NCBI GenBank assembly: GCA_965203175.1
Contig: OZ241867.1
Coordinates: 544,001-608,000 of the forward strand
Source: Candidatus Latescibacterota bacterium
GTDB lineage: Bacteria > Latescibacterota > UBA2968 > UBA8231
Reading direction: 5' to 3'
Length of the DNA stretch: 64,000 nt
A program made the translations under genes and the position numbers. Shown here piece after piece: positions 56,422 through 64,000 of this stretch (position 1 is its first letter; the number at the start of each line of letters is the position of its first letter). Under the pieces are notes generated by a model. It was not told the DNA's origin. It did no database searches and saw only the letters and a program-made list of their open reading frames with translations.

Positions 56422-58767
56422 TTGGCGCGTTTTTCGTCCATATCCCGCTGCTTATGGTTCGGCGTCTTTGTCGCAGCCCTTGGCGCGGGTGATGCCGGAG
56501 GGGATGCGCTGAAAAACGCGGATGGCTCGTGGAAGTACAGCAATCATCTGGTGGGGGAGACGAGTCCGTATTTACTGCTGCACGCGCACAATCCGGTCGA
56601 GTGGTACCCCTGGGGGGAAGAAGCACTGGCGCGGGCCAAGGCCGAGGACAAACCGATCTTTCTGTCGGTCGGCTATTCGACCTGCTATTGGTGCCACGTC
56701 ATGGAGCGGCTGGTCTTTTCCGACCCCGAGATTGCGGCGCAGATGAATGTCAGCTTTGTCAACATCAAGGTCGATCGCGAGGAGCGGCCCGACATCGACC
56801 GCATTTACATGCTGGCGACCCAATTAACTACCCGGCACGGCGGCTGGCCCAATTCGGTGTTTTTGACGCCAGACCAAGAGCCGTTTTTTGCCGGCACGTA
56901 CTTTCCGCCCGAGCCTTTGCCAGGGCGACCTTCCTTTCCCCAAGTCATGGACTTCACGCGCTCGCGCTGGCAGGACCAGCGCGAGCAGGTGCTCCAAATC
57001 GCGGGCCGCTTGACCGCGGCCATCCGCGACTTGGAATCCGGGCAGCAGATGGCGGCCGTGCCGCCAGATTCTCTGCTAGTAGCGCGGGTGCTAGCTGCTG
57101 TTCAGACCCGCTACGACGCGATTAACGGCGGTTTCGGAGGCGCACCCAAATTTCCCCCGAGCTTGCGCTTGGAGATGCTGATGGCCACGGCCGAGCGCTT
57201 TGCCGATCCCCAAGTGCAGCGCATCGTTTTGCACTCGCTAGAGCGGATGGCAGCCGGTGGCATCTACGACCAAATCGGCGGCGGCTTTCACCGCTACGCC
57301 ACAGACGCCGAGTGGCGCGTGCCGCACTTCGAGAAGATGCTCTACAATCAAGCTCATTTGTCGCGGCTGTACTTGCGCGCGTACGAACTGACGGGAGACG
57401 ACCGCTGGCGGTGGGTGGCAGAGGATGTTTTTCACTTTATCGCGCGGGAGATGACCGGTCCAGAGGGGGCTTTTTACTCGGCATTGGACGCCGAAACCGA
57501 GGCCGAAGAGGGCAAGTACTACCTGTGGACTGCGGAGGACCTAGAGAACGTATTGGAGCGCGAGGCGGAATTGTTCTGGAGCGTCTATGGGTTGGCCCCC
57601 ATGCCCGAGGGCGAGGAAGGCGTCCTCTACGTGAAAACGTCGCTTGCCGAGGCCGAGTTGCGAGCGCAAATGGCACCCGTGCGGCAGCGCGTCCTTGCAG
57701 CGCGGGCCGAGCGGCTCTATCCCCTTCTCGACGACAAGGTGTTAGCCGCTTGGAACGGGATGATGATCGAAGCGTACGCGCGGGGTTTTGCGGTCTTGGG
57801 CGATCCCGCATATCGCCGGGCAGCCGAGCGGGCGGCTGATTTCGCTCTGGAGTACCTGCGGCGCGAGGACGGGGGGTTGTGGCGGGTCCATCGGCTGGGG
57901 ATTTCGCGGCAGGAAGCGTACTTAGACGACTATGCGTTTTTGGCGCGCGGGCTGACGGCATTGTACCGGGCCACTGGCGAGGCGCGGTGGTTGCAGGCCG
58001 CGCGCGAGCTGAGCGCCGAGATGGTGGCGCGATTTTGGGACGAAGAGGTCGGGGGATTTTTCTTTACGGAAGCCAGCAATGCGCTCATCGTGCGGAGCAA
58101 ATTCGCCCAAGACTCGGCCCTGCCTTCGGGCAATGCAGCGGCTGCCCACGCGCTGCTAGACTTGGCCGAGTTGACGGGCCAAGCGCACGGCTCGGCTGAG
58201 CTCGCCGAAGCCTATCGCAGTCGGGCGGCGCAAATCCTATCTGCTTTTAGCGGGGCCATGTGGGCGCAGCCCTCGGCCTCGGTGCATTTGGCAGCCGCGG
58301 CCGAGCGCCATCTGCAAGCATCGCTATCCGCAGCCGCATTAGCAGACACGCCAGCGGATTCACTGGTCTCCATGCGGGTCGAACTGCCCGCGCAACAGCC
58401 CGTGGCGGGCGAGGCTTTTGCCGTGGCCGTGCATCTAGATATTCGCCCGGGCTGGCACATCAACGCCAACCCGCCCTCGGGCGATTTGCTCATTCCCACT
58501 TCGCTGACGCTCAATGCGGACTGGCCGCTGGACTTTGCCCGCGTGCGCTATCCCACCGGCCGCTCGCAGGCCTTTCCGGCCCTAGCAGAGACGCTCTCGG
58601 TGTACGAGGATCAGGTCGCGCTATGGGCGGATTTGTCGCTGCCCACAGCAGCGGCTGGGACGGCGGGCTATTTGCGCTTCCTGGTCCAGTATCAAGCCTG
58701 TGACGAAGTCCGTTGCCTCCCGCCGACGGAATTGAACCAGAGCGTGCTGGTGGCCGTGGCACCATGA
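56422..58767 (+). CDS. DUF255/YyaL (SSP411) thioredoxin + (alpha/alpha)6 protein with C-terminal DsbD-N-like domain
   Basis: [40 protein letters not shown]; tail GWHINAN...[15 protein letters not shown] start inferred. Confidence 0.85.
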   Translation: MARFSSISRCLWFGVFVAALGAGDAGGDALKNADGSWKYSNHLVGETSPYLLLHAHNPVEWYPWGEEALARAKAEDKPIFLSVGYSTCYWCHVMERLVFSDPEIAAQMNVSFVNIKVDREERPDIDRIYMLATQLTTRHGGWPNSVFLTPDQEPFFAGTYFPPEPLPGRPSFPQVMDFTRSRWQDQREQVLQIAGRLTAAIRDLESGQQMAAVPPDSLLVARVLAAVQTRYDAINGGFGGAPKFPPSLRLEMLMATAERFADPQVQRIVLHSLERMAAGGIYDQIGGGFHRYATDAEWRVPHFEKMLYNQAHLSRLYLRAYELTGDDRWRWVAEDVFHFIAREMTGPEGAFYSALDAETEAEEGKYYLWTAEDLENVLEREAELFWSVYGLAPMPEGEEGVLYVKTSLAEAELRAQMAPVRQRVLAARAERLYPLLDDKVLAAWNGMMIEAYARGFAVLGDPAYRRAAERAADFALEYLRREDGGLWRVHRLGISRQEAYLDDYAFLARGLTALYRATGEARWLQAARELSAEMVARFWDEEVGGFFFTEASNALIVRSKFAQDSALPSGNAAAAHALLDLAELTGQAHGSAELAEAYRSRAAQILSAFSGAMWAQPSASVHLAAAAERHLQASLSAAALADTPADSLVSMRVELPAQQPVAGEAFAVAVHLDIRPGWHINANPPSGDLLIPTSLTLNADWPLDFARVRYPTGRSQAFPALAETLSVYEDQVALWADLSLPTAAAGTAGYLRFLVQYQACDEVRCLPPTELNQSVLVAVAP

Positions 58768-60797
58768 TCCAACACTCAGACATCATCGGCTGCGGGATAG
58801 GCGAGCCAGAGGCCACCAAGCTCCTCACCCAAATCGAAGCTCTCTCTGGCACGCCGGAAGCGCGCTGGTGGGAGGCGACCCGCTGCATTCTGCGGCCGGA
58901 TCATCCCTTTGCGCTGCACCAGTTGCTCTATCGGGCAATCTACGGCAGTGCGGGGGGGCCGGTGTTTTTTCCCGAGCCAGCAGATATTGAGCACGCGCAT
59001 ATGACGGCGCTGCGACGCGAGCTTGGTCTGGATTCGCACGCCGCGCTCTTTGCGTGGTCGGTTGCACAGCGAGAGGCGTTTTGGCAGCGGACGGTCGCCC
59101 GCTTGGGAATCTGCTTCCACAAGCCGTACACGCAGCTTCTCGATCTGTCCCAAGGCGTCGAAGCACCCAAGTGGTTTGTCGGGGCCGAGATGAATATCGC
59201 CGAGAGTTGCTTCCAAGCCCCCGCCGATCAGACGGCCATTGTCTTCCAGCGCGAGGGTGGCCGACTTGAGCGGATGAGTTTCGGCACCCTAGAAGCCCTG
59301 TGCGACCGGGTCGCCGGCGGGTTGTGCGCGTTGGGATTTGCTCCCGGCGACCGGATTGCCGTGGCCATGCCGATGACGGCCGAGTCGGTGGCGATCTATC
59401 TGGGGATCATCAAGGCCGGTTGCGCGGTGGTGGCCATTGCCGACAGTTTCGCCGCCCCCCAGATCGCCGCCCGGCTGCGGATTGGGGAGGCCAGAGCCGT
59501 TTTTACCCAAGACGTGATTTTGCGCGGTGGGCGCGAGTTGCCGCTGTACCCGCGCTTAGTTGCCGCAGAGGCCCCGCTGACGATTGTATTGCCGGGGCGC
59601 GTGGAAGGGTTGGCAGAGGCGCTGCGCCCCGGAGATCTGCACTGGGACGACTTCTTGCAAGCCGACGCTATATCCGCGGCCGTATCCTGCCACCCCGACG
59701 CGACAACCAACGTCTTGTTTTCATCGGGAACTACCGGCGATCCCAAGGCCCTGCCCTGGACCCATGTCAACCCGATCAAGTGCGGCGCAGACGCGCATTA
59801 TCACCAAGATGTCCACCCAGGTGATGTGGTCGCTTGGCCGACCAATCTAGGCTGGATGATGGGGCCGTGGCTGATCTACGCCGCCTTTTTGAACCGGGCG
59901 ACCATGGCGCTCTACTATGGCAAGGCGACGGAGCGAGACTTTGGGGAGTTTGTGCAAGCGGCCGGCATTACCATGCTCGGTATCATTCCAAGCATGGTGC
60001 GGACTTGGCGCAGCACGGCCTGCATGGACGGAATCGACTTTTCGGCGATTCGGGCTTTCAGTACCACCGGGGAGTGCTCCAATCCCGAGGATATGCACTA
60101 TCTGATGGCGCTGGCGAGGTATCGGCCCATACTCGAATACTGCGGCGGCACCGAACTAGCGGGCGGCTATTTGCTCAGTACGCTAGTCGAGCCAGTCGCA
60201 CCCGCGACCTTTAATTCAGCAGCGCTGGGAACGGATTTGGAGATTTTGGACGAAGACGGGCAGGAGTGCGCAAGCGGCGAAGTCTTTCTGGTACCGCCAG
60301 CCATTGGCATGTCAACTCGAGTGCTCAACCGCGACCACCGCGAAGTGTACTACGCGGGCGTACCCAAGCGGAATGGAGTGCCACTGCGCCGCCACGGCGA
60401 CCAAGTCGAGCGACTGGCTCCGGGCATCTACCGGGTCCACGGCCGGGTCGACGACGTGATGAACCTAGGCGGAATTATGGTGAGTTCCGCAGAGATCGAG
60501 CGAGCCTTGAATGCGATGCCGGGCGTGGTCGAAACCGCGGCGATTGCAATGCCGCCGCCGGGGGGCGGACCGAGCCTGCTGGTGATCTTCGCGGTGCTGG
60601 AGGACGCCGGCGACCACTTGCAAGCCTGTCCTGAGCAAAGTCGAAGGGACGCGATGCAGCAGACGATCCGCCGGGAACTCAATCCGCTCTTCAAGATTCA
60701 CGAAGTAGTAGTAGTAGAATCGCTGCCGCGAACCGCGTCGAACAAGGTGATGCGGCGGGTTTTGCGGCAGCGCTACGGAAGAGACCCGCGCGAATAG
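58764..60797 (+). CDS. AMP-dependent acyl-CoA synthetase (acetate--CoA ligase-like)
   Basis: [34 protein letters not shown]. Confidence 0.88.
   Translation: MIQHSDIIGCGIGEPEATKLLTQIEALSGTPEARWWEATRCILRPDHPFALHQLLYRAIYGSAGGPVFFPEPADIEHAHMTALRRELGLDSHAALFAWSVAQREAFWQRTVARLGICFHKPYTQLLDLSQGVEAPKWFVGAEMNIAESCFQAPADQTAIVFQREGGRLERMSFGTLEALCDRVAGGLCALGFAPGDRIAVAMPMTAESVAIYLGIIKAGCAVVAIADSFAAPQIAARLRIGEARAVFTQDVILRGGRELPLYPRLVAAEAPLTIVLPGRVEGLAEALRPGDLHWDDFLQADAISAAVSCHPDATTNVLFSSGTTGDPKALPWTHVNPIKCGADAHYHQDVHPGDVVAWPTNLGWMMGPWLIYAAFLNRATMALYYGKATERDFGEFVQAAGITMLGIIPSMVRTWRSTACMDGIDFSAIRAFSTTGECSNPEDMHYLMALARYRPILEYCGGTELAGGYLLSTLVEPVAPATFNSAALGTDLEILDEDGQECASGEVFLVPPAIGMSTRVLNRDHREVYYAGVPKRNGVPLRRHGDQVERLAPGIYRVHGRVDDVMNLGGIMVSSAEIERALNAMPGVVETAAIAMPPPGGGPSLLVIFAVLEDAGDHLQACPEQSRRDAMQQTIRRELNPLFKIHEVVVVESLPRTASNKVMRRVLRQRYGRDPRE
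60624..60647 (+). repeat. 24-nt short interspersed element inserted in frame (encodes ACPEQSRR)
   Basis: GCCTGTCCTGAGCAAAGTCGAAGG. Confidence 0.65.
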
Positions 60798-60837
60798 CGA
60801 CGCGCAGGCTCGTAGAACTGAGCGAAAGGAGCATCCG

Positions 60838-62292
60838 ATGCGACATGGTTATTTGTCCGTTTTGCTGCTGCTGGTAGCGATATATCCGGCTGAAGCTGGC
60901 CGCTACGACGATCCGCGCTTCCTCACCAACCACCTCGTCTCCGGTGGAGTGGCCAAAGACGGCATCCCCGCTCTGACCAATCCCATTTTCGTGGCACCGA
61001 ACGAAGTGGGCTACCTAGCGGAAGACGACGTGGTCATGGGGATAGTCATCAACGGCGAACCGCGAGCGTACCCGCACAACATCGGCTGGTGGAACGAGAT
61101 CATCAACGACCGCGTCGGCGATCAGTCGGTCGTAGTGTCTTTGTGTCCGCTTACAGGTACTGGTCAAGTCTTCAACGCCACGGACGGCGACGGCTCGCAA
61201 ATCGAGTTCGGGGTCTCCGGTCTGCTGATCAACAGCAACTTGGTCATGTACGACCGGCGCGACGGCGAAACGCTCTACCCGCAGATGATTTACACGGCCA
61301 TTAACGGCGATCGGGCCGGCGATCGCCTAGAGCTGATGCCCGTAGTGGAGACGACTTGGGCACTGTGGCAGCGGATGTACCCAAGCACCACCGTGGTACA
61401 AGCCACCACTGGCTGGGAGTATTACAACTCGCGACCAGCTTACAACGAAGACCAATACACTTTCTATCCTTACGGCGATTACCGCACCAGCCACGAGTAC
61501 CTGATTTTCCCGCCGACGACCAACAACGGCGCATTCGACCATCGCTTTGAGACCAAAGACCTAGTGTTGGGATTGTGCCGCAATGACCAGACCAAGGCAT
61601 ATCCCTTCGCGCTGATGCCCGACGGAGTGGTAATCAACGATATCATCGGCGACGACCTCGTAGTCGTTCTATTCGACGCCGCGTCGCGCACGGCCTTGGC
61701 CTATTTCAACCAACTCGACGACGAGCCATTGAGCTTTTACGGGGTAGAGTCCGAGGGGCCGTTACCAGTAGAATTCATGGATGCGGAGACGGGTTCGCGT
61801 TGGAACATGCTCGGAGAAGCCGTCGCGGGGCCGCTCGCGGGGCGGCGATTAGCGCAAGTCCCCGCCTACAATGCCATGTGGTTTGCCTGGACCGCCTACT
61901 GGCCCGATACAGAGGTTTGGCAGCCGGGTGAGGGGATTCTCAGCCAAGAGGATATCGAGCAGATCGAGCAAGCCGCAACGGCCGTCGAATCCTTTGACGT
62001 TGCGCCCGCGGACTTTGCCCTGCGGCAAAATTTTCCCAACCCGTTCAACGCCCAAACGCTGATCCAGTACGAGCTTCCAACAGCCGGACCGGTGCGGCTT
62101 GGCGTGTTCAACGCAACTGGGCAGCGGGTGCGCTTGCTGGTGGACGAACACCAAGCGGCCGGACTATACTTGCAGCCCTGGGACGGGCGCAACGACGCCG
62201 GGCAGCAAGTAGCCAGCGGCGCGTACCTATACCGACTGGAAGCACCGACGGCCGGATTTGTCCAAGCGCGAGGCATGGTTCTGGTGCGCTGA
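60838..62292 (+). CDS. DUF3179 domain protein with C-terminal FlgD/T9SS-like domain
   Basis: Signal peptide; KDGIPAL, RAYP, EIIND, CPLTG, FGVSGLL..SNLVMYDR, WFAW; QNFPNPFN...WDGRN...ASGAYLY. Confidence 0.82.
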   Translation: MRHGYLSVLLLLVAIYPAEAGRYDDPRFLTNHLVSGGVAKDGIPALTNPIFVAPNEVGYLAEDDVVMGIVINGEPRAYPHNIGWWNEIINDRVGDQSVVVSLCPLTGTGQVFNATDGDGSQIEFGVSGLLINSNLVMYDRRDGETLYPQMIYTAINGDRAGDRLELMPVVETTWALWQRMYPSTTVVQATTGWEYYNSRPAYNEDQYTFYPYGDYRTSHEYLIFPPTTNNGAFDHRFETKDLVLGLCRNDQTKAYPFALMPDGVVINDIIGDDLVVVLFDAASRTALAYFNQLDDEPLSFYGVESEGPLPVEFMDAETGSRWNMLGEAVAGPLAGRRLAQVPAYNAMWFAWTAYWPDTEVWQPGEGILSQEDIEQIEQAATAVESFDVAPADFALRQNFPNPFNAQTLIQYELPTAGPVRLGVFNATGQRVRLLVDEHQAAGLYLQPWDGRNDAGQQVASGAYLYRLEAPTAGFVQARGMVLVR

Positions 62293-62322
62293 CCAGCGCA
62301 CGCGAAACTTAGGAGAGAAGAC

Positions 62323-64000
62323 ATGAGCAATTTTCTCAGTCGCTATTTGCACTGGTTGCACCTGCGGTGGCCAGCCGGCGTGGTGGAGAAGTTGCCACGG
62401 GTGGATGAGCACGGGCAGAGCAATGTCCCCGGGCTGTACATCGTCGGCGACTTGACCGGGATTCCGCTGTTGAAGTTCTCGGCCGATACGGGTGCGCGGG
62501 CCGTGCAGCACATCGCGGCCGACGAGGCATTCCAGCGCGGCAAGGAGCAGGAGGATGTCTTGGACTTGGCGATTATCGGCGCGGGCGTTTCCGGTATGTC
62601 CGCAGCCTTGGAGGCGCGGGAGGCCGGGCTGTCGTTTGTGCTTTTAGAGGCGACCGAGCCGTTTTCCACGCTGGTCAATTTCCCCAAGGGAAAGCCCATC
62701 TATACCTATCCCACCGAGATGGAACCGGCCGGGCAGATCCGCTTTGGCGCCGAGGTCAAGGAGCCGCTGATCGAGGAGTTGCACGCGCAGACGCTCGCCC
62801 AAGGCATCGAGCCGACCATAGCGCGGGTCGAGCAGGTAAAAAAGCGGGGAGACCTTTTTGAGTTGGAGATTCCGCGCCAAGAAAACATCAAGGCTCGCCG
62901 CGTGATCGTCGGGATCGGGCGCTCGGGCAACTTTCGCAAGTTAGGGGTGCCGGGCGAACAATTGGACAAGGTCTTCAACCGCTTGCACGATCCCGTTGAC
63001 TTCTGCGACAAAGACGTGCTGGTCGTCGGCGGCGGCGACAGCGCCTTAGAGGCGGCCATTGCCATCGCCCAATGCGGAGGGCGAGTGACCGTCTCCTATC
63101 GCAAACCCGAATTTTCTCGCCCCAAGCCCGAAAACGTCGAAAAGCTGAACATGCTCGCGGCCGATCCAATGGCCGACGTGGCCGTGGACACCCCCTCTTC
63201 CGAGCGGGTAACCACCAGCAGCGGTGCCTTTATGGAGCAGGGCCGCCAAGCGGGATCAATCCGCCTGCTGATGGCCAGCCAAGTACTGCACATCGAGGAC
63301 GACGCAGTCGCGCTCAAAGACGCCGAGGGCCAGGAACTGAGCCTGCCCAACGACGCGGTGTTTTCCATGATTGGGCGCGAAGCACCGCTCGACTTTTTCA
63401 GACGCAGCGGCGTGGAGATCAACGGCGAATGGAGCCCTAAGCGTTGGCTATCTCTGGGGCTCATCCTGCTGGCGGCGGTTTTCATCTACCACTGGAAGAC
63501 CGACGCGGGCATTCCGGTCAAGAAGTGGTTCGACCAAGCCGATCTCTTCCCCTTCAACCTAGCAGCACCACCGACAGCCCATACCCTGTGGGACACGATA
63601 CAGGTATCGATGACTCAGCCGAGTTTCTACTACTCGCTGGCCTATTGCCTGTGCGTCGTCCTATTCGGCTTGCAGCGCATAAAGCGACGGCGCACGCCGT
63701 ACATCAAGGTGCAGACGCTGACGCTAATGGCGGTCCAGTGCATTCCGCTTTTTCTGCTGCCCTATGTGTTTTTGCCTTGGGCTGGCTACAATGGCTGGTT
63801 CGACGAGGGTGCTTGGCTCAAGCCGATGGCCGATGGCCTGTTTCCCGAGTCGCAATGGGCCGAACACGGGCGCGAGTACTGGCGATCTCTGGGGTTGATC
63901 CTCGCTTGGCCGCTGTTCTTTTGGAACGTCTTCACCAGCGAGCCGCTGTGGTGGTGGCTGGCCATTAGCCTCGTGCAGACCTTCGTCATCATCCCGCTGA
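62323..64000 (+). CDS. FAD/NAD(P)H oxidoreductase (TrxB/YpdA-like, permuted) fused to a polytopic membrane domain (partial)
   Basis: Not in the ORF track (no stop in the window). Manual translation gives SNVPGLYIVGD, IIGAGVSG, GIGRSG..RKLGVPGE, VVGGGDSA, then several TMs; RBS AGGAG. Confidence 0.82.
   Translation, partial: MSNFLSRYLHWLHLRWPAGVVEKLPRVDEHGQSNVPGLYIVGDLTGIPLLKFSADTGARAVQHIAADEAFQRGKEQEDVLDLAIIGAGVSGMSAALEAREAGLSFVLLEATEPFSTLVNFPKGKPIYTYPTEMEPAGQIRFGAEVKEPLIEELHAQTLAQGIEPTIARVEQVKKRGDLFELEIPRQENIKARRVIVGIGRSGNFRKLGVPGEQLDKVFNRLHDPVDFCDKDVLVVGGGDSALEAAIAIAQCGGRVTVSYRKPEFSRPKPENVEKLNMLAADPMADVAVDTPSSERVTTSSGAFMEQGRQAGSIRLLMASQVLHIEDDAVALKDAEGQELSLPNDAVFSMIGREAPLDFFRRSGVEINGEWSPKRWLSLGLILLAAVFIYHWKTDAGIPVKKWFDQADLFPFNLAAPPTAHTLWDTIQVSMTQPSFYYSLAYCLCVVLFGLQRIKRRRTPYIKVQTLTLMAVQCIPLFLLPYVFLPWAGYNGWFDEGAWLKPMADGLFPESQWAEHGREYWRSLGLILAWPLFFWNVFTSEPLWWWLAISLVQTFVIIPL

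Noticed and set aside
60838-62292. Selenoprotein (DUF3179 members can carry Sec)
   Set aside because: The motif residue is a TGT Cys codon and there is no in-frame TGA.

Overview
A GC-rich bacterial chromosomal segment of about 55 protein genes. I found no rRNA, tRNA, CRISPR array, transposase or integrase. Lipoboxes, RND efflux and FlgD/T9SS-like C-terminal domains indicate a diderm. A C-terminal 'SWGRIK' motif and a DGGGP-synthase-like UbiA point to the FCB superphylum, e.g. Latescibacterota-like (inference). Housekeeping genes include hisS, clpP, mutM, moeA, hemA, a SirC/Met8-like enzyme, ggt and ltaE. They are interleaved with sugar/acid catabolic enzymes, a heterodimeric RND system, a polyamine-type ABC transporter without a binding protein, an Amt channel, and a small island holding AbiEi/AbiEii and Phd/ParE toxin-antitoxin pairs. 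The most notable items are: (1) two lipoprotein fusions of a c-type cytochrome to a PHM-type copper monooxygenase, one coupled to a redoxin and divergent from an ECF sigma/anti-sigma/Spy cluster whose promoter motif (GGGAATGA-N16-GTCTAAT) appears twice; (2) a triple DUF5069-repeat protein translationally coupled to a glutamine amidotransferase; (3) a circularly permuted TrxB/YpdA-like flavoprotein fused to a membrane domain; (4) a 24-nt element inserted in frame in an acyl-CoA synthetase; (5) a frameshifted hendecad coiled-coil gene; (6) a leaderless mutM promoter. All family assignments come from motif recognition; no database searches were run.
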